A DNA stretch of 64,000 bases, taken from Histomonas meleagridis 2922-C6/04-290x. Its lineage: Eukaryota > Protista > Parabasalia. The position numbers and the translations under genes were made by a program. The notes under the pieces were generated by a model, which was not told the origin of the DNA, did no database searches, and saw only the letters and a list, made by a program, of their open reading frames with translations. This document shows positions 31,653-43,289 of this stretch, one piece after another (positions within the stretch are counted from its first letter, which is position 1; every line of letters begins with the position of its first letter). Location of the stretch: assembly GCA_020184695.1 (NCBI GenBank), contig JAANOX010000190.1:124001-188000 (forward strand). Direction: 5' to 3'.

Positions 31653-32063
31653 AGTGAGTGTTAAATATAAACCATAAATTTTTTGTTCTTTAAGAATTTT
31701 TTTTGAATTTAAGCTAATTAAGCATAAAACTGTTAGAAAATTTTTAAGCATTTCCAACATTTCTTGTGATTTTGTTTAAATAAATGTTTCACATCATAAT
31801 TAAATTATTTTTTTTAATGATTTTCGGATAAAGATTCACTTAGACCAAACAAAATTAGACTATTTTAGCACATACTTGTATAGTTCATTAAGAAGTTTTT
31901 TTGAAATTTCAATTGATTCAACAATGTAAAGACCTATTATTTGAGATTTGATATATTCACCACAAATAATCACCATAAGGACTATAGTTGTCCATTCAAA
32001 TAAGGAACAAAAACGAAATTTTAAAAATAATATTTAGAACAAACAATAAAACATAAAGGTCGA

Positions 32064-32648
32064 TCACCAAATCATAGGGAGAACTTCTGACGAAGGTGCA
32101 CTGTGGTTTTCAGTTGTTTTGACACGTGACTGCTTAAATATTGTTGCATTCATTATATTTTGTCTGTGATCAAGGTTTTTGTCTGTTGTTTCAAAAATGT
32201 CTGTTACCTTTCCTGATATTTCATTTCGAAGGTTGCTTAAGTCAAGTAAACGAGCAGCTTCAATAATTGTAGATCTTCTTGGAATATTGTCCATGAGCTC
32301 ATTAACCATGTTTTCTTGTACCCTATATGTTGGGGTAATGGGCCGTGATTGCTTTAAATTTCTGTGCTTCATTTTAAAGTTGTGATCAAAGTATGATTGT
32401 GCTGAAGGTGCTTTTATGTGTTTTTTCATTATCACTGTTCTTATATGACTTCCGTCACCAATTTTGAAGAAAGAAAACGTGAATGAACCCATCAATAAAG
32501 TCCCATTATAGACAAAGTATCTATTATGAGAAGCATCAATTTCAGTCAAATATTCTTCTAAAATTTTTACTGGATCAAGTGCACTTACTGTTAGATCAAT
32601 GCAGTTTGAGTCTAAGTCATGTAAATGTATTGTAATCAATGTGGACAT
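32064..32648 (-). CDS. Protein with an N-terminal ubiquitin-like domain
   Basis: ITIHL...YFVYNGTLLMGSFTFSFFKIGDGSHI pattern typical of trichomonad UBL proteins. Confidence 0.75.
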   Translation of the reverse strand: MSTLITIHLHDLDSNCIDLTVSALDPVKILEEYLTEIDASHNRYFVYNGTLLMGSFTFSFFKIGDGSHIRTVIMKKHIKAPSAQSYFDHNFKMKHRNLKQSRPITPTYRVQENMVNELMDNIPRRSTIIEAARLLDLSNLRNEISGKVTDIFETTDKNLDHRQNIMNATIFKQSRVKTTENHSAPSSEVLPMIW

Positions 32649-33946
32649 TTAGATGTGAATTAAAAAATTTTCAATATTGAAAGCACTTGACCAGTTTTTA
32701 GGAAACGACAAAACATTGTTTCTATGTCACAAGCCATGAATTTTTCAAATATTTTTTGTGTTGATAAAAGACATTATGAAGTGGATTTAAAGAAGGATGA
32801 ATTATGATGAAAAACAAAGAATATGATGAAAAATTCTTTTTTGAAATATTCGATATTTCCCAGTTTTTGAGAGATTTGCAAAATCTTTATCACAAAGAAC
32901 GGTTTTGCCTGACAAAAGAAAGGAACCAAAAACGAAAAAAGAAATGATTTAGGTGTTAGCACAATCTAGCAAAAGAGCTTTTGCCTGGTTCCACAATGGG
33001 ATGTTTACAGCAAAAAATTCTAAGAAGTTAAAAGCATCAATGATGTAATATATTTTTATTTACTTCCATCAATTATGTTTTGTTGGTGCAAGGTGCCGTA
33101 TGCATTTAGGAATTTTCATAAAAGTTATTTTGAATGAACAAATAGATTATTTATTAATATTGTATTCAATAAGAATGTATTTGTTACCATCTATCATTAC
33201 ACCATATATTCAATCATGTATTGTGTACTGTTGTTAATATGTAAAAGCAAATTCTGTTACAAGAACAGACCCAAGAAATTATCTCATCCCAATCACACAA
33301 TTTTCTTTCGAAATTTCGTTTTTCATTCAATTTTCATGTTCAATTGTGTAATCAAAAGTTGAGCTTTGTGGGGTATAAACCATTTAAATTCAATCTTAAA
33401 ACTGTGTCAATTTTCCACACCAGCAGTTGGTCGCAAATACTACCAATTACTAATTATTACTTAATAATTTTTGAAAAAAATTCACAGAAATAGCTGTTTC
33501 GATGCTTTGATGTGTTCAAATTAAAAAATTAATTTTATGTATTTTCTTCAATACGCGATTTAACTATAAAAATGTGTAATTGAATACTGTGAAGCAAGAA
33601 AAAATCTATGGGTGATATCGCAGAGATAAAAGAATTCACACTAAAATTATCATTTTTAAAAAAATTTACATAAGGATTTTTATCTTTAGACACTCATTTT
33701 TCAGGTTGATATTTTATCAAATACAAATAATGCTATAACTTCAGCATTTCCTATTCTTCACTTTTTTGGTATACCAAAACAAAAAAAATCACTTTTTCAC
33801 TGAAATTTCGACAGTTTAAGTTGCAAAATTTCTTCTTGCGAATTTTGGCAATTTTAGTTCTCATGCTTCCTAAAACATGGCAAATTTAAGTCTCTATACT
33901 TTTATTCTTTTACTTATAAAAATTATATAAATATTCACAAATATGT

Positions 33947-34678
33947 TTAAAATCCAATTGTGGACGATTCGTCATAAAATTGTATTTGTTGACTTTTGCC
34001 ATCATCATACGACAGCTTTGTGTCATTAAAAATACTAGATGGAATTAAGAAATCATCATTGAGGAAATCATCATAAGATATGGTATTGTCTTTTTGTGCT
34101 TCGATTGCAGGATCAGCGAATTCATCGAAATCGTATGGAGTGAAATCAAATTGGAATATGTCTGATATTTGATTCTTTGGATTTTCATTCATAACTGGGG
34201 CAGGTGTTGGAACTTGAACTTCAGGTGTTGGCGTCATAAAAGTAGCACTTCTTCGGATTGTCCACTGTCTCAGCTCGGAGAAATGACCCTTTAAATAAGG
34301 GATAATGTTCAATAATTGTGTAGCATCATCACCTTTTGTTGGAACTGTTGTATATCCCATTTTAGCAATCGCACCATTAATTGTTGACTTGCTCTTAGCT
34401 ATCAAAACTCTTAACTGACGAGTGTTAATAGCGATTCCATTTGGGAACCAACAAATTCCACATACAAGATAACGCTTCCAATCATCTTCATCTCCTCTGG
34501 CACAGAACTGGCGGATCAGATCAAAAGATTCATTCAAAGTTGCTAATCTCTTATTCCTATTATATCTATTTTCAGGAGAACCAACATGTTTCTGAAGTTC
34601 TTCGAATTCTGCTTGGTCTTCTGGTGAGAGCATTTCAATGTAAGATTGAGTTTGATGAGGGATTATTAGGTCAGGCAT
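33947..34678 (-). CDS. IBD (initiator-binding domain) family transcription factor
   Basis: DDWKRYLVCGICW...IAINTRQLRVLIAKSKSTINGAIAKMGY signature of the parabasalid IBD family. Confidence 0.88.
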   Translation of the reverse strand: MPDLIIPHQTQSYIEMLSPEDQAEFEELQKHVGSPENRYNRNKRLATLNESFDLIRQFCARGDEDDWKRYLVCGICWFPNGIAINTRQLRVLIAKSKSTINGAIAKMGYTTVPTKGDDATQLLNIIPYLKGHFSELRQWTIRRSATFMTPTPEVQVPTPAPVMNENPKNQISDIFQFDFTPYDFDEFADPAIEAQKDNTISYDDFLNDDFLIPSSIFNDTKLSYDDGKSQQIQFYDESSTIGF

Positions 34679-35352
34679 TTATGAAAATAAAAAATGTGAA
34701 AATTTCACCAAATTTGTTCGGCTATTTATCTTCACAATGCCCACATTGAAAAACCGATTTTTGAATCGAAAATGAACGTTGCTTTGGACAGAAATTATTG
34801 TTGTCTATAAATAAACTACTCAAAATTATTGTGTCCTCCTCAAAAAGTCGTCTAACCGAACCGATCGGATGGCATGTTTCGGCTTTTTATGACGGTGATG
34901 AAGTCAAAAATATCGAAAATTTTGGAAAATTTTTGCCAAAATTTTAAAGCTTAAAACAATGAGAAACAGAAGTTTTGAGCAACTTTAGCTTTAAACATTA
35001 CTAATCTTTGATGTTTCTTCCAACTTTAATTTTCAATATTTTATTATTGTCCATTTGATGAAGTACAAATTCTGGTGGGTGAAGAGTAAAGAGAATTGAC
35101 TTAAAGTTTTAGCATTGCATCATTACAATAATTTTTGAAAATTAATGTGATCAATCAGTAATGTTTAAAAATAAATTTTCAATTTGAATGCAAGAAAAAA
35201 ATTAATCAAAGATTGAATTTTTTTTAATAATTGCAAGCTGAAATCTTCATCGCATTGCATTCGCTCGACCAAAAATAAACGCCATTTATTCAATTAGTAT
35301 TTTTGTGTGTTTATTTCGGTTTTTCCGCGGTTTTTGGATACGACCACAATTG

Positions 35353-35865
35353 ATGCCTCCACAAACCATCGAAGTGAGGCAAATAAATGACAATCACCAG
35401 TACATGATGCAACTCTGTACTAGCATTCGTAATTATAAAAAAGTTGTTAAAGTATACAACCCACAAATGTATCGAATGTTAAAAGTTCCAAATGAATGGG
35501 TCAATTATTTAATATCTTCTTTCTTTTCCATTATCTTTATCACATGTATGTTAAGATTAGTAAGTGTAATTCCAAAAGATATTGATAAAGAGAGTAAACG
35601 ATTGACATTCTATAATAACCAAAAGATTCGAAAATGTAAGAACAACTATATTAACAATTATTGTAACACAACTACAGCCCCAGCGCTCATTGAAAAATGT
35701 GAGAGTTGGAAGAATTGTTTTGAAAATCACAAACCTCAAACAATTACGAAGCTTTCTTATATGTTAGAAATAGTTGACAATTTCTTTGTTTTCTTGACGC
35801 CAAAGTCAGCAGCGCTATTAGGTGTTGTTAGTGCTGTTTTTATGTTTTGTAATTTATTTCATTAA
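35353..35865 (+). CDS. Brr6/Brl1-like nuclear envelope membrane protein
   Basis: Two TMs flanking a four-Cys luminal domain CKNNYINNYC...APALIEKCESWKNC. Confidence 0.8.
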   Translation: MPPQTIEVRQINDNHQYMMQLCTSIRNYKKVVKVYNPQMYRMLKVPNEWVNYLISSFFSIIFITCMLRLVSVIPKDIDKESKRLTFYNNQKIRKCKNNYINNYCNTTTAPALIEKCESWKNCFENHKPQTITKLSYMLEIVDNFFVFLTPKSAALLGVVSAVFMFCNLFH

Positions 35866-36179
35866 AAATTTATTTTTTTAATTTTTACTTTTTATCTTAT
35901 TCGATGTACTGAATAAACTCTAAATTTTGTTTTAAATTTTTTAATAATAAGTTTTAAATTATTAATAGATTAAGTGGAACACAAAAAAAAAATTATTTTA
36001 AAGAGAATTTATAAAATTTATTGAGTAGAGTTGATTGCTTGCTAAATTCAAGATATTATTATTAAGCAATTAGATTTGTCTTATGAGTGATGATGTTGGT
36101 TTCGTTGGGGTGCCCTTCGCTCATGAAAGGAGGTTGAAACGGCTTATTGGAAGCTGGATGGTCATCCGTTTAATTTTTT

Positions 36180-36476
36180 ATGAACAGCGCAAGCCAAACT
36201 CCTTCAAGCAGAGACTCTAGAACACCTTCGTGCACACAAAGAAATGCATTTGATGATAGACGCAAGAAAATTATTGGCTTTCTTACAAGTTCGAAAGGTG
36301 CATTAGCACTGGTTTTTGCGTCATCACTCATTTTTGCTATTTGTATTATTTTGCATAATCATGTTTCTAATAATGGACCTCTTTTCTTTGGAGCAGGTTT
36401 AATGATTTTGCTTTTCAGTGTTTTTTATTATTTAGGAACCAGAACAAGAGAAAGAAAATCTAAGCAAAACAAATAA
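36180..36476 (+). CDS. Small two-TM membrane protein
   Basis: Two hydrophobic segments and a basic C-tail; start uncertain. Confidence 0.65.
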   Translation: MNSASQTPSSRDSRTPSCTQRNAFDDRRKKIIGFLTSSKGALALVFASSLIFAICIILHNHVSNNGPLFFGAGLMILLFSVFYYLGTRTRERKSKQNK

Positions 36477-36756
36477 AGGTGCCTTTTTACTCTCACATTT
36501 TAAATTAATAAAGATACTTAACGATATATTTTTTTTTTTTAAATTATCAAACAATCACATATTAAAAACATGTTGGCAAGAGGTTATAATTTGAAATGAT
36601 GCATTCTTGAAAATTCGAAATCCATTAATATATTTTAATAATATATTTTAAGATAAAAATTAAATTTCAGAAACATTTTTATGCTAAAAAGCAATCAAAT
36701 AAATTTGAGTTTTATATGAATTGCTTTTTGTAAATGTATAATAATTTTTATTTGAT

Positions 36757-37370
36757 TGTTTGAATGCGTGTTTTAATGGAATACATTCAAAAATTTCTGC
36801 ATATCACACAGAAATAGTTAAATTACTTAATGATCAAAAAAGAATTGATATTAATGCTAAAAATATTCATTTTTTTTTATTTAATATTTATTTTAATAAT
36901 TTGATGTTTCAAAATAATATTCGGAATTTATTTAAATTATTTAATACAGCACTTATTTATGCATCTAAAAGAGGGAATATAGAAATATTTAAATTACTCC
37001 TTAAACATAAAGGAATTGATATTAATTTTAAAAATATTTTTTTGTTTTATTTATTATTTATTTTAATAATTTGATTTTTCAAAATAATATTTGGAAATTA
37101 CTTAAATCATTAAAAACAGCACTTATGATTGCAGCTGAAAATTATAAAACAGAAATGGTTTAATATTACTTATTGAGCAAAAAGGAATTAATATTAATTT
37201 TAAAGATATTTATTTGTTTTATTTAATACCTATTTTAATAATTAAAAACTTCCAAAATCGTCTTTGGAAAATATTCAAATTATTTGAAACACATCTTACA
37301 ATTGCATCTAAACGAGGTCATACAAAAATAATTAAAATGCTTATTAAACAAAAAAAGATTCAAAATTAAT
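36757..37370 (+). repeat. Four degenerate ankyrin/spacer units (170-173-nt period)
   Basis: TAL/THL codons at 36946, 37116 and 37289 with the same spacer family. One spacer was shifted into frame by a T-run change, giving the 104-aa ORF 36760-37074. Confidence 0.85.
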
Positions 37371-37622
37371 TTTTCAAGGAGATAATGCTAATCCAAAAAT
37401 ATTTATTTATTTTAATAATTTGATATTTCAAGCATTACTTCAAATGGAATTTCGAAATAAGCACATTAATCTACTTCTTAAAAAAGGTGTTGAATTTCAT
37501 GAATAAACTTTTCAACTAATCTAAATTTTTATAAAATCAAAAGGTTAACATGATATTTTTAGGGATTTCAAGCAATAACATTAGCACGAAAATTAAACGT
37601 ATTCGGGCTGCCCTGTAAATTG

Positions 37623-38786
37623 ATGAACCAAGAACAGATAAATCCAACATCAAATCTCAGATTTTCTCGAAGAAATAGAACAACACCAAGGCTACTTGGT
37701 GGATGGGATACAACAGAAGAAGAGTATAAAGCATTAAGTTTTACGATTGGACTCCCTCCAGGTTATTATATTGAACCTAGTCCAGAAACAGAAAAAATTT
37801 CAACAGCAATCGAATCATTTTGGAGAGATATGATAACTGGTCCTTCTTCTTGCTCTGATCATTCACTGGTTGACACGCGCCAAAATACTGTTAATGTCAT
37901 TATCTATAAAGATATATTCACGAACGAACAGCTTGCAGCAATCCTTGAAAAACAAATGCGGGATTGCATTCCTGAATATCCTGGAAATGGGATTGTTTCT
38001 GTTAAAATCCAATATCCAGATAAAAAAAATGTTAAAATCAAATTTGCCAACGAAGAAATCATGCGAATGTTTCGAGAAAACTATGATATTATTGAATTTG
38101 ATGGATGTATTCCTATTATTACCAGTTTTTATTATTCAGGAAATGAAACTCAATTCATTAATTTTGGAAGAACTCTTCGTACAAACCTTACTAATGTAGT
38201 TGTTAATAGTGACAAAGACCTAACACAATACAAAGCTCAATTTCAATTTGAGATTAATCGTCAACCTAACTCACCACTTCAATTTTTAGTTTTTAATACC
38301 ATCGAAGATGCCAAAGACTTTGTGTTTGCCATGAAAGATGACCTTGATTGTTCTCTTCTTAATTTTCCTGGTCCGTCTCCACCATCAAAAGCGGTAATTT
38401 TACCCTCAAATGCGGTTATGACGATAAAGAACGATACGCTTCAACTTTCGGATGTTTTAAATCAAGACAAAATTCTCACGAAATTTATTGATTCCGAAAT
38501 GATCCCTAGTGGTGGCCTTAAGACTCTTATATTATATAATATAATACATAAGAATGTTTATAAAGATGATTCGGTGTTTCAAATGGTTTCTAATGAATTA
38601 ATTGAATTTGCACAAAAATTCGGAAAAGTTGTTTCAACAGGTGTAAAACTAGAAAAGAATAGCAACGTAAGATATATTCCGTTTTGTATTCATTTTGATT
38701 CCTCGCGAAGTGCAAAAATGTGTCAAACGGAAATTGCAGGCAAAATATACTTAGGAAGAATCGTAATAACGCAACTGGCCGAATGA
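37623..38786 (+). CDS. Divergent U2AF large subunit (U2AF65)-like RRM/UHM protein
   Basis: N-terminal basic ...GGWD ULM-like motif, degenerate RRMs and a C-terminal UHM-like segment (LILYNII...EFAQKFGKV...IHF...IAGKIYLGRIV). Confidence 0.6.
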   Translation: MNQEQINPTSNLRFSRRNRTTPRLLGGWDTTEEEYKALSFTIGLPPGYYIEPSPETEKISTAIESFWRDMITGPSSCSDHSLVDTRQNTVNVIIYKDIFTNEQLAAILEKQMRDCIPEYPGNGIVSVKIQYPDKKNVKIKFANEEIMRMFRENYDIIEFDGCIPIITSFYYSGNETQFINFGRTLRTNLTNVVVNSDKDLTQYKAQFQFEINRQPNSPLQFLVFNTIEDAKDFVFAMKDDLDCSLLNFPGPSPPSKAVILPSNAVMTIKNDTLQLSDVLNQDKILTKFIDSEMIPSGGLKTLILYNIIHKNVYKDDSVFQMVSNELIEFAQKFGKVVSTGVKLEKNSNVRYIPFCIHFDSSRSAKMCQTEIAGKIYLGRIVITQLAE

Positions 38787-39528
38787 GCAATACGAAAATG
38801 TTAATAAATAATATTAAATTATGAGCTGATGATATTTTTGAAAAAGGTGTTTTACAAATTATAAAGTGAATATAATAAACGTCGGGAAAAAAAAGGAAAT
38901 TGTTAAATATTTATCGATAAAGTTTCTTATGCTTTATTTTTAAAGATTATTTGTTTATGTTGTTGTTTTCCTTAAGAAACAAAAGATATCTAATTTAATG
39001 AAAACGTCTTAACATTGTAATTTTGGATATAACGCGAAAAAGGTAAGAATACATAGAGAAGATATGTAATATCGAAATTGGAACCAATGATTTTTAATTA
39101 AATTTTGTTTTATATGAAGGAAAAGGCCACATAAAGATATATTATATTATTTGATTTATTATTAATACAAATTATAAATTTTAGATTTATTGTCTCCTCT
39201 AATTAATGAAGAAATTGTTCAAATGAATTGGATAAAATGTGTTTAATGGAGATCTATAGATAAAATTGAAGAAAAAGAATAGAACTGTTCGTGTATTCAA
39301 ATGAAAATCTAAACATTTATTCAATATACAATTACAAAGAGATATTCCTCATATATTTATATAAGTTCCGCCATGTTTAACGATTTTTACGAATCAAAAA
39401 ATTCAAAATCATTTTCATTCCCTTTGTTGATTATTATTTTCTCTTCATGACAAGATAATAAATATAAGAAAAAAATTAATAAAAATTCTATTTAAAAAAA
39501 ATAAATATGGATATATTAAAAAAATTTA

Positions 39529-40119
39529 TTAATTTTGTTCGTTTCGTCCATAGCCCATATAATTTGGAGGTGGTTGTGGTGGATAACCTGCATATTCTTG
39601 TTGTTGATACATTGGTCGATATGCATTATATGGCATTTGTTGTTGCTGTTGATAGCCCTGATAATCGGGCTGACTTCCGTAATTTGGTTGATATTCATTA
39701 TAAGGTGGATATCCTTGTGGTGGATAATTAGGCGGATAATTGTTTGGAGGATAGTTTTGTTGAAAATCATTGTACATAGGATATTGAGAATACATTTGTG
39801 TTTGTGTCTGATCTGCATTTTGGTAATCATAAAATTGACCTTGCATGGCTTGATTTCGATATGAACCTGTATTTGGATGCTTTTGTTGTCTGTTATTCTG
39901 AGGAAGCTCGAGCTTTCCTGATCGTATGTCTTTGTAGCGATCTTCTAAAATCCTTGGTATGTGGAATAAGGCATATCTGAGTTGAGGATTATCAATTAAC
40001 TCATCATGCGCTTGTTGTGGGTTTGATTGAACCCATTGTTGTGCTTCTTTCATTATATCTAATAGTTTATATATATCCATTTCTTCAAGGATTTTTAAGA
40101 TTTGTTCGGAGCCACTCAT
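39529..40119 (-). CDS. CstF-64/Rna15 hinge-domain protein with a P/Y/Q-rich tail and no RRM
   Basis: MKEAQQWVQSNPQQAHDELIDNPQLRYALFHI resembles the CSTF2 hinge (NSPQEARNMLLQNPQLAYALLQ). ATG at 40119. Confidence 0.65.
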   Translation of the reverse strand: MSGSEQILKILEEMDIYKLLDIMKEAQQWVQSNPQQAHDELIDNPQLRYALFHIPRILEDRYKDIRSGKLELPQNNRQQKHPNTGSYRNQAMQGQFYDYQNADQTQTQMYSQYPMYNDFQQNYPPNNYPPNYPPQGYPPYNEYQPNYGSQPDYQGYQQQQQMPYNAYRPMYQQQEYAGYPPQPPPNYMGYGRNEQN

Positions 40120-40602
40120 TTTGGGGATATTGACTATGTTTGTTAGAGAAAAAAGTTTGCTCAAGTTATGCAGAATATATATCAACAACATATAGTTAAT
40201 GTCATGCCTAATTTTTATGCTCAATAGTAAGGGAAAAATATTGTTTTATTGTCTTTAACAAAAAAAAAAAAAAATCTGAAAAGCAAGAGCTTATTAAGAA
40301 TTATTACTTGTAAAATATGAACGGTTTCTATTGCTATCGTTATGGGGCATCCCAATGTCACTTTTCTTTAAGGTAAAATGACAAGCTACATCACATGGAA
40401 TATAATATTAATCATAGATTTCACTAAAATAGTATAATATTTTTTATCACATGTTTATCAACATCATATAATCCTCGTTATTTAAAAAAAAAAATGCCAA
40501 CCAATTTTGGAATGTAAAAATCAAATGTTAGATCATAGTTTAAACGTAACGTTTTATTTGTATGTGTTTTAATCGGTAACAATACAAAAAGTTTCAAGTC
40601 AC

Positions 40603-43053
40603 ATGGGCGAATGCGAAAACTTTACGTTTTGTGGGATAAATGTTTCCTTTCCATATAAAACTCCATACCCAGCACAAAGATCAATAATGGCTAAATCAAT
40701 GACAGCATTCACTCACCAACAAAATGCTTTGCTTGAATCTCCAACTGGTACAGGTAAATCACTATCTTTGCTTGCATCAGCTCTAGCTTACCAAAATCAC
40801 ATAATAGCCACAACTTCAGAAAGTGTTAAAATATACTATTTAAGTCGAACTCATAGCCAACTCAAACAAGTAGTTAAAGAAATCAAGAAGCTTCCTTACA
40901 GACCACAAATAGGAATTCTTGCATCTCGTAAGCGCACATGTATTTTTGATCAAGTCCGTAATTCAAAAAACATTGATTCAAATTGCATCGCTGAACGTCA
41001 CAATTGTCCTTTCTCAAAAAACAACAATGTTATACCCGACGAATTTTTACACCAAGTTTATGACATTGAAGATTTAGTAAATTATTGTGTTGATAATAAT
41101 CGTTGTCCATATCTCATCACTCGCGAAATAATTAAGCAATCAGATCTTATATTATGCCCCTACAATTACATTCTTGACCCTTCAATCATGGCTCGTCTTC
41201 ATCTTGATATTTTTGGTTCGATTCTTATCATTGATGAAGCGCATAATATTGAAAATTCGTGTCGTGATTCCATGAATGTAAAGCTATCGCTTCATCAATT
41301 CAAGGAAGCAAGACAAGAAGCAGCCCTGGCAACCACAACCAACGCTGAAGAGGGAACTTGGCTATTTAACATGCAACCGCATCTGCAGAACGTTAACGAT
41401 TTTCTGTACCATTTAATTGAATGGTTTACAACACGTAAACAGTTTCGGGAGAACGACAACGAATTCATACCCGAAAAGGATGTCAACACGACTTTAGGCT
41501 CATGGCATCTAAGTTCAAAGACTTGGGTAACTATTAGCGAGAGCTTAAAAGTTCTTTTGACGCCAGACAAAGAAACCGGAAGTCGCATGCCTGATAAATT
41601 TGTTCTTCCATTACAAAAATTATATTATGTCCTGAACGAGATGTTCAAAAACAATTCATCACAAATGAGAAAGTTCCATATCTTATACAAATATGGGAAG
41701 GATGAGAAGAACGAACTTATGATGATCTTATGTATGGATCCTTCCATTGTCTTTTCTCCAATTGCAAATATGGCGCATTCAGTAATTCTTGCGTCAGGAA
41801 CTTTAAGCCCATTAAACTCATTCTCGTCAGAACTCGGCGTAGATTTCGAAATCAAACTCTCTGCTCAACACATCATTGACCAGTCACAAGTTGCCGCATT
41901 TACAATTCCTTCATATGAAGGTGTTCAATTAACATCATCTTACAAGTCATTGAAAAGTAACTTTGATAAAATGGCAAAAGCATTAGGAACAATAACAATA
42001 AAGTTAATGAGAGTGATTCCAGACGGAGTTTTGTTCTTTGTTCCATCTCATCACTTTTTGAATGAGCTCATAGAAAAATGGAAAAGCACAAAAGTGTATC
42101 AAAAAATTAACGATATAAAACCGATTTTTGTGGAAGATCAAAGTAACGATAGCGACATGTTAATTGAAAAATATAAAGAGTCTATCGAATACGGTTTGGG
42201 CGGTTTGATGATTGGGGTATGTAGAGGAAAAATGAGTGAAGGTATCGATTTTGCTGATTCGCAAGCAAGAGCTGTCTTAATGTTCGGAATACCATATCCA
42301 AATTATAACGATATTAATATTCAACTCAAGATGAATTATAATGATAAACATTCAAGCGCTTTCACAAATAACGTAAGGCAATTGATGAACGGAAATGAAT
42401 GGTATGATGCACAAGCTTTTAGGTCCTTGTTCCAGGCAATTGGAAGATGTATTCGACATAAAAATGATTACGGAGCAATCATCCTAATGGACGAACGTTT
42501 CCAGAAACAATTAAACTGCTTCCCGAACTGGGTCCAAAAGAGCTATAACAAGGCGCAGAACATTGACGCAATTGTCAACAATCTTTCCATCTTCTATAAC
42601 CACATGAAAACGGTCTTTCCACAAGTTTTGCACACAGCGCTCAACTTCAGGTTCCCTCTGTCGATTGTTTGTCTCGGCTGTGATGCCGATTTGTTGAACT
42701 TGTACAAATTCGAACAAGTATCATTCATGAAAATCGATCGAAAAGGATTTATGGGCCTTATGAACATTGAAGAGAGCTCAAATGAATGTGCGTTTGTCCC
42801 TAAGGAAGCTGTGAAAGCTTCGACGATTTCATTTGATGATTCATATTGGTCACCAGATGATGAGATCTGTTATAAAAAAGCTTTGTGCTCCAACTGTGGA
42901 GCCGAGGTTGGCGTATTAGTGTTTGCAACGCCTTTAAAAGATATGAAATTTTGTGATGGATTTTGGATTCTCACAGAAAGGGCAGCAATACGCCAAGGGA
43001 ACAGCTACGTGAAGATGAATGAGCTTGCAGCAGCTATTGAGGAGAAGAAATGA
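40603..43053 (+). CDS. XPD-family Fe-S DNA helicase, FANCJ/RTEL1-like
   Basis: ESPTGTGKS, SRTHSQL, Cys cluster, DEAH, SGTLSP, CRGKMSEGIDF and QAIGRCIRH. Confidence 0.93.
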   Translation: MGECENFTFCGINVSFPYKTPYPAQRSIMAKSMTAFTHQQNALLESPTGTGKSLSLLASALAYQNHIIATTSESVKIYYLSRTHSQLKQVVKEIKKLPYRPQIGILASRKRTCIFDQVRNSKNIDSNCIAERHNCPFSKNNNVIPDEFLHQVYDIEDLVNYCVDNNRCPYLITREIIKQSDLILCPYNYILDPSIMARLHLDIFGSILIIDEAHNIENSCRDSMNVKLSLHQFKEARQEAALATTTNAEEGTWLFNMQPHLQNVNDFLYHLIEWFTTRKQFRENDNEFIPEKDVNTTLGSWHLSSKTWVTISESLKVLLTPDKETGSRMPDKFVLPLQKLYYVLNEMFKNNSSQMRKFHILYKYGKDEKNELMMILCMDPSIVFSPIANMAHSVILASGTLSPLNSFSSELGVDFEIKLSAQHIIDQSQVAAFTIPSYEGVQLTSSYKSLKSNFDKMAKALGTITIKLMRVIPDGVLFFVPSHHFLNELIEKWKSTKVYQKINDIKPIFVEDQSNDSDMLIEKYKESIEYGLGGLMIGVCRGKMSEGIDFADSQARAVLMFGIPYPNYNDINIQLKMNYNDKHSSAFTNNVRQLMNGNEWYDAQAFRSLFQAIGRCIRHKNDYGAIILMDERFQKQLNCFPNWVQKSYNKAQNIDAIVNNLSIFYNHMKTVFPQVLHTALNFRFPLSIVCLGCDADLLNLYKFEQVSFMKIDRKGFMGLMNIEESSNECAFVPKEAVKASTISFDDSYWSPDDEICYKKALCSNCGAEVGVLVFATPLKDMKFCDGFWILTERAAIRQGNSYVKMNELAAAIEEKK

Positions 43054-43289
43054 TTTTGTGGCGAACTCAAGTTTGAATTAATTTTGATCGTTATTATTTG
43101 AAAAATTTTTAGTTAAAATTGTCTTTACTTTCTTAAACTCAATTATTCCTTCTTTGTAGATCATGTGCTGCTTGTAAGTGCATAACAAATTATGACATCT
43201 TATAAATTTTCGCAATTCTTTTATTGGTGAATTTACATTCTTTTTTTTTTCATTTTTCTTCGATAGGTAACAGCTTCTTTTTCCTTTAA

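Noticed and set aside
32950-33450. Possible Rho/Rab-like pseudogene on the minus strand
   Set aside because: Only faint AGV../PT motifs across many frameshifts; cannot be supported by eye.
34855-34910. Hairpin plus GTGATGA suggesting a box C/D snoRNA
   Set aside because: No CTGA box D at a plausible distance and no terminal stem.
39507-39980. Several overlapping ORFs around the CstF-hinge gene
   Set aside because: Alternative frames of a low-complexity P/Y/Q/N region.
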